DNA of 61,572 bases, counting the filler, from Candidatus Nezhaarchaeota archaeon WYZ-LMO8 (GTDB lineage Archaea; Thermoproteota; Methanomethylicia; Nezhaarchaeales; WYZ-LMO8), in assembly GCA_004347965.1 (NCBI GenBank). It is 16 parts of 16 records of this genome, joined end to end, with 100 filler letters (N's around TTAATTAATTAA, not from the genome) between each part and the next. Parts side by side here need not be neighbours in the genome. Positions count along the whole stretch, not along the records: positions 51,467 to 54,906 come from QNVF01000074.1; positions 55,007 to 58,333 come from QNVF01000075.1; positions 58,434 to 61,572 come from QNVF01000076.1; 13 more parts are not named here. The stretch is one strand, 5' to 3'. Within the stretch, counting starts at the first letter, position 1; every line of letters begins with the position of its first letter. Positions 51,467 to 60,997 of the stretch are shown here, piece after piece. Position numbers and translations under genes: made by a program. The notes under the pieces are model-generated. The model did not search any database. It worked only from the letters and a program-made list of their open reading frames with translations, and was not told the DNA's origin.

Positions 51467-52071
51467 GTGAAGGAGGGTAAAATAACAAGCATAGATGAGA
51501 TATTCGCCAACAACCTAGTCATAAAGGAGCCGGAGATAGTAGATGCTCTACTACCAGATTTGAAGCATGAGGTAATCGATGTCGGCATAGTTCAAAAGCA
51601 GACAGACACCGCCTAGCGCCTGCTGGGCGGCTGTAAGCTGGCGAGACATCAAGGTTTAAAGTAGTTGTAGCTGTAGGCAACGAGTCTGGTTATGTCGGAC
51701 TAGGAGCAGCTAAAGCTAAGCAAATGAGGGAAGCAATAGACAAAGCGATAGTTGAGGCCAAGCTAAACATAATTCCCATAAGGCTGGGCTGTGGAAGCTG
51801 GGAGTGTAGGTGTGGTAGACCTCATAGTGTGCCAATAAAGACTTGGGGTAAAGCTGGAAGTGTAGAGATAACGTTGATTCCAGCTCCTAGAGGAACAGGT
51901 CTCGCTGCTGGTGATACGGCTAAAATAGTCTTGAGACTAGCTGGGGTTAAAGACGTGTGGACATTCAGCAAGGGCGAAACGCGATCCAAGGAGAATATGG
52001 CTAGAGCCACGCTTGAAGCTCTTAGAAACACGTTAAGCTTCAAGTTTACGAAGGACTGGATGAGAGCATGA
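51467..52071 (+). CDS. rps5: 30S ribosomal protein uS5, join(51467..51607,51637..52071), 5' truncated, intron-containing
   Basis: Exon 1 [13 protein letters not shown]...VGIVQKQTD; exon 2 [15 protein letters not shown]...GCGSWEC...PAPRGTGL; the frames join only after removing 29 nt. Confidence 0.93.
51608..51636 (+). other. Putative bulge-helix-bulge (tRNA-type) intron in uS5 mRNA
   Basis: CAG/CUG outer helix, ACAG/CUGU central 4-bp helix, 3-nt bulges AC^A and AA^G, 9-bp inner stem CCGCCUAGC/GCUGGGCGG with a GCCU loop. Confidence 0.88.
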
Positions 52072-52541
52072 CAAAGAAGCTGTATGCGGTCATAAGGCTT
52101 CGAGGTCGTGTTGGTCTTCCTCCAGACGTAAAGTTCACGCTTCGCTTACTAAACCTTACGAGGAGAAATCACTGCACGATAGTTGAAGCAACGCCATCAA
52201 TTGAAGGAATGCTGAAGAAGATCTCGGGCTACGTAACATATGGGGAGGTGAGTGAAGAAGTACTAGCAGCTTTATTGGAGAGGAGGGGTCGATTGAGGGG
52301 TGATGAGCACCTCACAATTGATCACATCAAGAAGCTGGGGTTTGAGAGCTTTAAGGACTTGGCTAAAGCAATACTTGAAGGCAAAGTAAGTTTACGTAAC
52401 ATACCTAACTTGAAGCCGGTCTTTAGGCTGCATCCACCTTCTGGGGGATTTAAGGGAGCAATAAAGAAGCCCTTTGAGCAAAGAGGAGAACTCGGTTATA
52501 GAGGTTCAGCAATAAACGAGCTTTTATTGAGAATGATTTAG
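52068..52541 (+). CDS. rpl30: 50S ribosomal protein uL30
   Basis: [23 protein letters not shown] and GELGYRG motifs; ATGA overlap with rps5. Confidence 0.95.
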   Translation: MTKKLYAVIRLRGRVGLPPDVKFTLRLLNLTRRNHCTIVEATPSIEGMLKKISGYVTYGEVSEEVLAALLERRGRLRGDEHLTIDHIKKLGFESFKDLAKAILEGKVSLRNIPNLKPVFRLHPPSGGFKGAIKKPFEQRGELGYRGSAINELLLRMI

Positions 52542-52548
52542 CAAGTAC

Positions 52549-53109
52549 TTAATCCATTAAGGCACTAATAATGTCTCTACGCTTAACAGCGGGAACACCT
52601 AGTTGCTCTAACACTTCATGTACAAAGCTTAGCAGTCTACACTTAGCATTTAATAGCACCTTCTCTCTAGCCCTAACTTCTTGCAGCTCCTTGTCTATTA
52701 CTTTGAACACGTTCTTTATCTCAGATAGTACAGCATCAAGCTCCTTACTCTCCTCAATCCTCCTCTCCAATACCGTTAAGGTATCCTTAAAGTAGTCGGG
52801 TACCTCACCTACAACATCGTGTACCTCTATTTCGCTGTAGCCCTTAAACACGTTAACGGAGAGAGATATTGGTCTAACAAGCTCGTAGTACTTCCTTGAT
52901 GGACCTAAGGAGCCCGCCTTAACTTCATAAGACCTTATTAGCCCTGCTCGCATCAGTACATTTATGTGCTTAAGCACAGCTTGCTGGCTAACATTAAGTT
53001 CTCTTGATAACTGAAGCAAGTACTTAGGCTCTACAGCTAAAAGCTCTAATATCCTTCTACGTGTCTCATTTCCTAAGACTTCAAGTAGACTTAATATACG
53101 GCGAGCCAC
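52549..53109 (-). CDS. ArsR-like wHTH regulator (Phr/HSR1-type heat-shock repressor candidate)
   Basis: LGNETRRRILELL, LNVSQQAVLKH and RKYY motifs plus a coiled coil; divergent from hsp20-cdc48. Confidence 0.82.
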   Translation of the reverse strand: MARRILSLLEVLGNETRRRILELLAVEPKYLLQLSRELNVSQQAVLKHINVLMRAGLIRSYEVKAGSLGPSRKYYELVRPISLSVNVFKGYSEIEVHDVVGEVPDYFKDTLTVLERRIEESKELDAVLSEIKNVFKVIDKELQEVRAREKVLLNAKCRLLSFVHEVLEQLGVPAVKRRDIISALMD

Positions 53110-53170
53110 TTTGCTTCACCTTCACTATCCAAATCACTCCTTTTCTAATGAAAAGAATAGCTTAGAAAGA

Positions 53171-53213
53171 TTTAAATATTTCTCACCTCTGGTTACTAAC
53201 CAGAGGTGAGAAA
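53171..53213 (+). promoter_or_regulatory. TATA box plus 35-bp perfect palindrome (operator candidate) upstream of hsp20
   Basis: TTTAAATA (53171-53178) followed by TTTCTCACCTCTGGTTA-C-TAACCAGAGGTGAGAAA (53179-53213), which includes the SD GAGGTGA. Confidence 0.75.
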
Positions 53214-53215
53214 CT

Positions 53216-53752
53216 ATGTGGTGGAGACCTAGAAGAATCTCAAGAATCTTCGATGAAATAGAGAGGGAATTTGAGGAGATAGAGGAAATGATTGATAGAA
53301 TGTTTAGAACGTTCACGAAAGCGCCAAGAGAAGCTGGTGGGGCAGTTGTCGAAGGACCCTACTTCTATGGCTTCAGCATAACAATAGGGCCTGACGGTAA
53401 ACCAGTAATACAAGAGTTTGGCAACGTTAGACCGTCACGATGGGGTGTTGAGAGGAGCGATGTTAGAAGACCCTACGTTGAGACTCACATAGACTCGAAA
53501 GCAGGTGAGATCAAGGTTATAGCGGAGCTTCCAGGAGTAGATAAGGAGTCCATTAAAGTAAATGCTGCGGAGGATGTAGTGACGATAAGAGCTGAGCAAG
53601 GAGATAGAAAGTACTACGCTGAAGTCAAGCTACCTGAGAGGGTAGATCCGGCAACCGCTAAGGCAAGTTACAGAAACGGTGTACTCGAAGTTGTGCTAAA
53701 ACTTAAGGAGAGAGTGAAGGAAGAAAGGGGCTACGAGGTTAAGATCGAGTGA
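53216..53752 (+). CDS. hsp20: Small heat shock protein Hsp20
   Basis: GPYFYGFSITIGPDGKP, AELPGV, ASYRNGVL and terminal VKIE motifs. Confidence 0.95.
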   Translation: MWWRPRRISRIFDEIEREFEEIEEMIDRMFRTFTKAPREAGGAVVEGPYFYGFSITIGPDGKPVIQEFGNVRPSRWGVERSDVRRPYVETHIDSKAGEIKVIAELPGVDKESIKVNAAEDVVTIRAEQGDRKYYAEVKLPERVDPATAKASYRNGVLEVVLKLKERVKEERGYEVKIE

Positions 53753-53820
53753 AGTCTCTCATCCTCATTTTTGCATTTATTTACACTTATGCATTTATTA
53801 ATGCTTTAAGGTGATACCTC

Positions 53821-54906
53821 ATGAGCAGCAAGAGCTCAGCTTCAGCTACCTTGCGAGTTGCAGAAGCAAGAGCTCGCGATGTGGGTAGGGGCATAGCTAG
53901 GGTAGACCCCTCAGTAATGTCTCAACTGGGCATAAACACGGGTGACGTCATAGAGATAGTGGGAAAGAAGAAGACAGTAGCGATATGTTGGCCTGGTTAT
54001 CCAGAAGACTATGGCAAGGGAATAATTAGGATAGATGGCTATGTAAGGCGAAATGCTGGTGTCAGCATAGATGATAGGGTTACCATAAAGCTTGCATCAG
54101 TTAAAAAAGCCGAGAAGGTGGTTTTAGCGCCTACGGAACCATTGCGAATCATCGGAGCTGAGGATTACGTAAGACACTTGCTTGATGGTAGAGCCATCAC
54201 TAGAGGAGACTACGTGTCCATAGGCGTTATGGGGAGAACAGTGGACTTCGTGGTAACATCGATTAATCCACCTGCTGATGCAGTCATAGTGACGCCAGAT
54301 ACTCAAGTAGTTATAAGTGAGAAGGTAGAGAAGGTGCCCAAGGCAATACCGAGGGTGACATACGAAGATATAGGAGGACTTAAGGATGCTATTCAGAAAA
54401 TTAGGGAGATGGTCGAGCTGCCATTGAGGCACCCCGAGTTGTTCCAGAGACTTGGTATTGAGCCCCCTAAAGGGGTCCTACTTTACGGTCCTCCTGGATG
54501 TGGTAAGACGCTTCTAGCAAAAGCTGTTGCAAACGAAACTAACGCACAGTTCTATGCTATTAGTGGTCCAGAGATCATGAGCAAGTTCTACGGTGAAAGT
54601 GAGGAGAGACTAAGGCAGATATTTAAAGAAGCTGAAGAGAATGCTCCCTCCATCATATTCATAGATGAGATAGACGCCATTGCTCCTAAACGTGAAGAAG
54701 TAACTGGAGAAGTAGAGAAGAGAATAGTATCACAATTATTGACACTGATGGATGGACTTGAAAGCCGTGGTAGAGTAGTGGTAATAGCTGCTACTAATAG
54801 ACCTAATGCTATTGATCCTGCTTTAAGGAGACCTGGAAGATTTGATAGAGAGATTGAGATTGGTGTTCCAGATAAGCAAGGTAGACTAGAAATACTTCAA
54901 ATACAC
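53821..54906 (+). CDS. cdc48: CDC48/VCP AAA+ ATPase (3' truncated)
   Basis: [30 protein letters not shown] and [11 protein letters not shown] motifs. Confidence 0.95.
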
Positions 54907-55006
54907 NNNNNNNNNNNNNNNNNNNNNNNNNNNNNNNNNNNNNNNNNNNNTTAATTAATTAANNNNNNNNNNNNNNNNNNNNNNNNNNNNNNNNNNNNNN
55001 NNNNNN

Positions 55007-55501
55007 CGTGAACAGCGACGACCAGCAATTCTTGACTTTTTGTAGAACCTCCTCCTCACCTTCAACATTGAGGTATGTTTCCTGTTGCCCTGCAAAGCTT
55101 GCTCCGGGTAGGTCTTCAGCCGTGGCTGAGCTTCTAACAGCGACTGAGACCTTCACTACCCCTAGCTTCTCACAAAGCTTCTTATAGCTCTCCACGATAG
55201 CTTTTGCTATGTCTTCTGGAACTTCGTGTCCCTCTATCATCTTTCTAATTTCTACACTAACCTTCTCGAACAGCTTAGGGTCGTTACTATTCAAGACCTC
55301 CTTCAACGCTTCACCTATTCTCTCCTTAAGACCAGTTCTCTCTATGAACTCCTTGTATGCATGCGAAGTAACGATAAACCCTGGAGGTACTGGTATTCCT
55401 GCTCTTACAAGTTCTCCTAGATTAGCACCTTTACCTCCTACAAGGATTAAGTCGTTCCTGTCCACCTCTTCAAGCCATAAAACGTAAGCTTTCTCCCTCA
55501 T
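55007..55501 (-). CDS. ppsA: Phosphoenolpyruvate synthase N-terminus (3' truncated)
   Basis: GGKGANLGE and AVRSSATAEDL..ASFAGQQET motifs. Confidence 0.9.
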
Positions 55502-55578
55502 GCTTCTCCCTTAGCGTGAAGCTACTGACTGATTTTCTAAAGAAGCTTAAATTTAAGAATTAATGAAGTCTAAGTACC

Positions 55579-55908
55579 TTATATCTTCGTGTAATACTTC
55601 TTCATGTAATAGCCAAACTCTTTGTGAGGTCCAAAGCTTTCTAATCCTTGAGAGTAAAGCTGCTCCCTTAACTCCTCAGCTCTATGCTTTGATATCTGAT
55701 TGGTCTTTTCTAAGAAGCTTATAACCTCTTCAGCTTCTTGAACATTCCTGCAGCGCCTTATGTAATCTACAGCATCCGGCATGCCTACTTGAAAGCCTTC
55801 ATCACTGGATCGAGAACCTCTAACTTCAATGCACATAACTCTTTCTTCCAGCTCCTTGGCTAAGTGGGGGTACTTCCTTCTAAGCTCCTCAATATCCATC
55901 TCTACCAT
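55579..55908 (-). CDS. DUF2095-like protein
   Basis: KYPHLAKE, PDAVDYIRRC and FGPHKEFGYY motifs. Confidence 0.75.
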   Translation of the reverse strand: MVEMDIEELRRKYPHLAKELEERVMCIEVRGSRSSDEGFQVGMPDAVDYIRRCRNVQEAEEVISFLEKTNQISKHRAEELREQLYSQGLESFGPHKEFGYYMKKYYTKI

Positions 55909-55909
55909 A

Positions 55910-57130
55910 CTACTTCCTCTTCACTCTCTTAGCCGCTACGATAGATATTACGTCGTTCTCATTTAAAACGCTATCCTCGCCAAGTCTCACCTTCTTCCTT
56001 GCATCAATAGCGTAAATGAAGCTCTCACCCAGTTCCGTGTGAATGATGTATGCGAGCTCTCGAGCTGTAGTGCCACGTGGAACTAGGTAGACGTCAGGCA
56101 GCACATTACCCTCGCTATCGGTCAAACTATCGGGGTCAGCGACTGGGTATACTGGAATCATGTTCAACCTCTTAAAGTAAGTTGTGTTTAGCACCTCTTG
56201 AACTCCCGTGGAACCCCAAACGTCCAAGACCCTTTGCTTAATTAGTTCGAGAGCTTTAAGCTGTTCTCGAGTTAGCTTCTCACGATTTGCTATCTTAAAT
56301 TTGCTATCTCCAGCCGTGTACTCGATCAAGCCCTTCTCAGCTGCTCTTCGAAGAGCTAGCTCAGCTTCAGCACTACACGGAATTACAACATCGTCGCCAT
56401 AAACCTCTTTAAGCCTCCTCACGTTATTCACGCTCTCAGGCAAATCACACTTATTAGCTGCAATGACGAATGGCTTAGCTATCCTGAATAGGTGCTTGAC
56501 GAACGTTAAGAGAGTCTCTTCACTCCAAGCTCCAAGCTTCTTACTTCTCAAATCCAGCTTCTCGAGAGTCTCCCTTACATGTTTGATGGAGATCTTCAAG
56601 CCGCTAAGCCTTGAAGATACAGCTTCTTCAACACTTAGCTTGCCATGTTCTACGGACCTCGCAATCTTGGCCCAATCTTGTCTTAGCATCCCAAATATCC
56701 AGAGATCAACTTCCCTCTCTATCATCTCAACATCGAGGAGAGGATCGTGAGAACCAGGCGGGCAAGGCCTACCTTCAGCATCTGTGGATCCTGAAGCATC
56801 AACAACATGAATTATCCCATCGGCTTCCCGCATCTCGTCTAGAAACTTGTTTCCTAGCCCCCTACCCTCATGAGCTCCTGGTATGAGCCCTGCAAGATCT
56901 ATTATCTTTACGGGTATGTACCTCACGCCATCTCTACATATGGAGTTACGAGGATTATCCTTAACGCCAAGCTCTCTACACACGCACTTAACCTTGAGGT
57001 ACGCTATCCCCACATTCGGTCTTATCGTGGTGAAGGGTCTTGCCTCTATTTTGACCGGTAACATAGTCAAAGCACTGAAGAGCGTGCTCTTGCCAACGTT
57101 AGTTTTTCCAACTAACGCAACTTCTGGCAT
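55910..57130 (-). CDS. ychF: YchF/OBG-family NTPase with TGS domain
   Basis: GKTNVGKST, PFTTI, DLAGL, GLGNKFL, ANKCD and IHTEL motifs. Confidence 0.92.
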   Translation of the reverse strand: MPEVALVGKTNVGKSTLFSALTMLPVKIEARPFTTIRPNVGIAYLKVKCVCRELGVKDNPRNSICRDGVRYIPVKIIDLAGLIPGAHEGRGLGNKFLDEMREADGIIHVVDASGSTDAEGRPCPPGSHDPLLDVEMIEREVDLWIFGMLRQDWAKIARSVEHGKLSVEEAVSSRLSGLKISIKHVRETLEKLDLRSKKLGAWSEETLLTFVKHLFRIAKPFVIAANKCDLPESVNNVRRLKEVYGDDVVIPCSAEAELALRRAAEKGLIEYTAGDSKFKIANREKLTREQLKALELIKQRVLDVWGSTGVQEVLNTTYFKRLNMIPVYPVADPDSLTDSEGNVLPDVYLVPRGTTARELAYIIHTELGESFIYAIDARKKVRLGEDSVLNENDVISIVAAKRVKRK

Positions 57131-57287
57131 TTAAAGCCACAAGTATATTGTGGATTGTGAGGTAAATTTGTTATCGAGTCCCATTTTCCATCTCAGCCAT
57201 GAATGGTTAAACTATAAATACGGTTCCTCAAGATACAGAGTACCCTGATATTACGCACGCTCACAAGAAGCTCAGCAGGGTGTTTCG

Positions 57288-58235
57288 ATGACCTTTAAAA
57301 TACTGGTTACGGATGAGGTTCATGAATCGTGCGTAGCTTTCCTTAAGTCTAAGGGCTATCACGTTGATGTTAAGCTCTCATTAAGTAGAGATGAATTGAT
57401 CAAAGCTGTTAAGGAGTACGATGCCATCATAGTCAGAGGAAGAACAAAGCTTACGAGGGACATAATAATGGAGTCTCAAAGCCTCAAAGTCATAGGGAGA
57501 GCTGGTGTTGGGCTCGATAACATAGACCTCAAAGCTGCCTTAGAGAGGAACATAAAGGTTGTCTCATCACCCCAAGCCTCAACAGTCGCTGTTGCTGAAG
57601 CAACCATGGCCCTAATACTCTCGCTCGCCAGAATGATACCTGAAGCGGTTACGTCCTTGAAGGGAGGATCGTGGTTAAAAAGCAAGTTTACGGGGTTTGA
57701 ATTAAGGGGTAAGACCCTAGGAATCATAGGTTTCGGTCGAATAGGAAAGGCAGTCGCTAAGAGGGCTTTAGCATTCGAAATGAAAGTGATAGCTTACGAT
57801 ATAAGGGATGTGAGAGAGGAGGCTAGAAGCATGGGAGTCCACGTAGTCCCAACACTCGAAGAGCTTTTGAGGGAAAGTGACGTAGTAACGTTGCACGTAC
57901 CCCTTAACGAAAGCACATGGCATATGATAGGTGAAAGAGAGTTATCCCTCATGAAGAAAGGCACAATAATAGTTAATACTTCAAGAGGTGCAATAATAGA
58001 CACAAAAGCTCTTTTAAAAGCACTAAAAGAGGGTAAGCTGGCGGGAGCAGCATTAGATGTATTTGAGAATGAACCCCCCAAGACCGAAGAAGAATGGGAG
58101 CTCATAAGGCTACCAAATGTCATAGCAACACCACACATAGCTTCGCAAACATGGGAATCTCAGATGGCAGCTAGTCTCATGATAGCTGAAGAGGTCTACA
58201 AAGCTTTACGTGAAGTATCGTCTACAGTGCATTAA
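57288..58235 (+). CDS. D-3-phosphoglycerate / D-2-hydroxyacid dehydrogenase
   Basis: RAGVGLDNID, GFGRIG, NTSRG, LDVFENEP and TPHIA motifs. Confidence 0.9.
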   Translation: MTFKILVTDEVHESCVAFLKSKGYHVDVKLSLSRDELIKAVKEYDAIIVRGRTKLTRDIIMESQSLKVIGRAGVGLDNIDLKAALERNIKVVSSPQASTVAVAEATMALILSLARMIPEAVTSLKGGSWLKSKFTGFELRGKTLGIIGFGRIGKAVAKRALAFEMKVIAYDIRDVREEARSMGVHVVPTLEELLRESDVVTLHVPLNESTWHMIGERELSLMKKGTIIVNTSRGAIIDTKALLKALKEGKLAGAALDVFENEPPKTEEEWELIRLPNVIATPHIASQTWESQMAASLMIAEEVYKALREVSSTVH

Positions 58236-58273
58236 TAAGGAGATTAAGCAGTAGTTTGTGGTGGGTTCTAGTA

Positions 58274-58333
58274 ATGTCTTCCACAATAGTGGAGGTGCTC
58301 AAGAAGTCTGGTCTTACACAGCATGAAGCTGAA
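58274..58333 (+). CDS. TrmB-like regulator N-terminus (truncated)
   Basis: MSSTIVEVLKKSGLTQHEAE resembles a TrmB start; only 20 codons are visible. Confidence 0.45.
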
Positions 58334-58660
58334 NNNNNNNNNNNNNNNNNNNNNNNNNNNNNNNNNNNNNNNNNNNNTTAATTAATTAANNNNNNNNNNN
58401 NNNNNNNNNNNNNNNNNNNNNNNNNNNNNNNNNAGGGCCTGGCAACATTTGTGCTTCTTCTCTATAGTAACAAGAGATTAAGTGCAGAACCTATGAGCTG
58501 TCTATGTGAGGTGAGAGATCGAAAGCACCATAAGTTCTTAGCACTCGAAAAGAAGGAGCAAACCCTCGTTGTCTTAGTCAATCCTCCTCACTTAACAATG
58601 AATCCTCTCAGCTATCGTGAAATTTAAGAAGCAGGTGGTATAGGAAAAGTGAAGTGATGC

Positions 58661-58867
58661 TTATGCTGGAACTGCTAACTCTCGTTTCTTGCCAGCTTTT
58701 ATGATGAAGTTCTTCCTTCGGCCGCTTGGATCCACGTAGTACCTGAACCTACCATTACATCGAGGACACTCGTAGAGGTACGAGCCCCACCACCTAAACT
58801 TCCAAACTCTCAATAGTTTGTGCTCTCCATCAAACTCGCAATGAGGGCATTTGATCACCTTAACCAC
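58661..58867 (-). CDS. Small basic zinc-ribbon protein
   Basis: CPHC...CPRC; TTTAAA promoter-like element upstream. Confidence 0.7.
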   Translation of the reverse strand: MVKVIKCPHCEFDGEHKLLRVWKFRWWGSYLYECPRCNGRFRYYVDPSGRRKNFIIKAGKKRELAVPA

Positions 58868-59440
58868 CTAACCCTAAAGTCATCGAGAAACCTCTCAGAG
58901 ATTTAAAAAGAGTAGTCTTCACCCTCAATCCTCCATCAATTAATTTGTTGAAAAATCATCTAATAAACTTTGCTATGAGAAACATCATGGTAGCTGGTAT
59001 CACAAGTTTACAATGATACAGCATGTACATGCTCTTAGTTAAAAAGCGTAATGATATTGAGCGTGGAAGATTTGGAATATACGTGGAGTGGGCAGCTATC
59101 ACTTTGAAGTCTATTTGAGGTGGATTAAACTAATAACTTCTTCATGCATCTGCTTGCTAAGTTTAAACGTCCATGGCATTAACTTCTTCACGCACGTTTA
59201 GCTACGTTGCTGATATGCGTGGAGACCTAGTCTTAACTAAGCATCTCGAAGATATTGCAGTAGTCTCTAAGTTCTTAGCCACTGTTCTACATCATCTCTA
59301 TACTCCACATGATTAAGCGAAATTAACGCCAATAACGAACCTACAGCATTCCTTATTACCTTAGTAGTCTTAGACTCTAAACATACTTGTCAAGAAGAAC
59401 CTTAAAGTCTTTTACAGGAAAGTTGGGGACTAATGGTTTT

Positions 59441-60997
59441 TCATTCGTGAAATCGCTGGGTTTTGGGGAAGAGCTTCTTAGTGGTTGGGGGGACATCGTC
59501 AGCGTCAACTTCGACCTCTACTAGCAGTGGCCCCTCACTCAAGTTCTTTAGGTCATCCTCCTTCTCAACCTTGAGGTACCTCATGCCAGTAGCCTCTGCT
59601 ATCTCTCGAAAGCCCTTGAAGCCAACCTCCACATCACTTGCCAGGCCGTAATCTCTAAGCTGCTTGCTCCTAACCATCCCGTAGACCCCATTGTTAAAGA
59701 CTGCTACTATTATCGGCAACTTGAGTCTAGAGATCACATGGAGAGCTGGTAGGTTCATGAGAGCTCCTCCATCACCAGTTATCGAGAGGACCTTACTGTT
59801 AGGCTTAGCTAGCTGAGCTCCTATGGCTGCTGGTATCGAGAAGCCCATGGTCGCCAAGCCACCTGGGTAAAGTATCGGACCACTCCAGCCGTGCTTAATA
59901 GCTTCAAGAGCCCACATGCTTGATTGTCCCATATCCAAGGAGAGCACTGAGCAACCGCTTTCAATTAATAACCTCGTAATTATCTTGAAGGCCTTAGACT
60001 CGTAGAATGGCTCAGTCTCATGCTGAACCCAGCTCTTTTCTCCTCCCCTGTATTGCTTTAAAAGTGCTTTAACGAAGCTCTCACAGCTAGCTCTAACCTT
60101 AATTGAAGCTCTCTTATGCATGGGATCGTCTATGAGCACTTGGATGATAGTTGCCTCACTGTTTAAACCGTGAGCTATAGTTGCCTCAGATAGCCTAGCT
60201 CCAAGAGCTAAGAGCAGATCGCACTCTTGAAGAGCCTTGTTTGCGGTCCTAAACCCTCTAATTCCACAGAAGCCCACACTAACTGAGGGCTTGGGCCAAG
60301 CCATGCACCAGCCCATTAACGTGTAAGCCACTGGAATTTTGTGCTTCTCAGCAAGTTTAGCTACGAGTTCGTGAGCCTTAAGGCAGCCATTGCCCACCAA
60401 TATTAAGGGTTTCTTGGAGTCCCTTAGCAGCTTAACTACTTCTCTTACTTCCTCCCCAATATTCTCTTCCTCCCTCTCCTCGACCTCCTCACGCTCATAG
60501 CTTAAGCGAGATTCTTCCTCTTGCACATCGAGAGGAAAATCTATGAGCACAGGTCTTCTAGGGGCTCTCGATGAGCTCTTAGCAAGCCTTAACGCTCCAG
60601 CTATCTTCTCCTCTCCATTAATGTAGATAGCTTCCTTGCATATGGGCTTAAACACCTCCATCAACTCAACCTCCTCTACAGCCAAAGAGCCCTTCGAGTA
60701 AGTTGGCACGTCCCCAACGATCAATATCAGGGGGATGTTATCCCTGAAAGCCGTAGCGACCGGAAGTGTTGCATTAAGTGCTCCTGGTCCAGCTGAGACC
60801 ACTAAGCCAGCTGGTTTGCCAGATACCCTAGCATAACCATCAGCTGCATGACCAGCGCACCTCTCATCGGGTATCATGACCTTACCAGCACCGCTTCTCT
60901 CTAACGATATGTTTAGAGGAATGGTGAATCGACCTGGAACTGTGAAGTATACATCCAGCTTCAATGCTCTGATAAAAGCTTCAGCGACAATCATCAT
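59441..60997 (-). CDS. ThDP-dependent acetolactate-synthase-like enzyme
   Basis: DERCAGHAADGYAR, GPGALN, MGFSIPAAIGA and GDGG...NN motifs. Confidence 0.88.
   Translation of the reverse strand: MMIVAEAFIRALKLDVYFTVPGRFTIPLNISLERSGAGKVMIPDERCAGHAADGYARVSGKPAGLVVSAGPGALNATLPVATAFRDNIPLILIVGDVPTYSKGSLAVEEVELMEVFKPICKEAIYINGEEKIAGALRLAKSSSRAPRRPVLIDFPLDVQEEESRLSYEREEVEEREEENIGEEVREVVKLLRDSKKPLILVGNGCLKAHELVAKLAEKHKIPVAYTLMGWCMAWPKPSVSVGFCGIRGFRTANKALQECDLLLALGARLSEATIAHGLNSEATIIQVLIDDPMHKRASIKVRASCESFVKALLKQYRGGEKSWVQHETEPFYESKAFKIITRLLIESGCSVLSLDMGQSSMWALEAIKHGWSGPILYPGGLATMGFSIPAAIGAQLAKPNSKVLSITGDGGALMNLPALHVISRLKLPIIVAVFNNGVYGMVRSKQLRDYGLASDVEVGFKGFREIAEATGMRYLKVEKEDDLKNLSEGPLLVEVEVDADDVPPTTKKLFPKTQRFHE

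Noticed and set aside
51467..51723. uS5 as a pseudogene or sequencing frameshift, or starting at ATG 51724
   Set aside because: Both halves are well conserved and the insert forms an exact BHB whose canonical excision restores the frame. The 115-aa ORF lacks the conserved N-terminal half.
4744..58433. Recurring TTAATTAATTAA flanked by N runs, resembling a dispersed repeat
   Set aside because: Artificial contig-joining linker with stops in all frames. ORF tails of X residues and 'LIN' are artefacts, and cross-linker neighbourhoods (e.g. GT2 next to Ago, CARF-PIN next to fadD) are not real.
2392..59651. Many antisense or overlapping ORFs in the track (e.g. 2392-2778, 12557-13006, 16407-16817, 43082-43666, 52571-52795, 57794-58138)
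   Set aside because: Ser/Leu/Thr/Pro-rich shadows of well-supported genes, with no motifs of their own.
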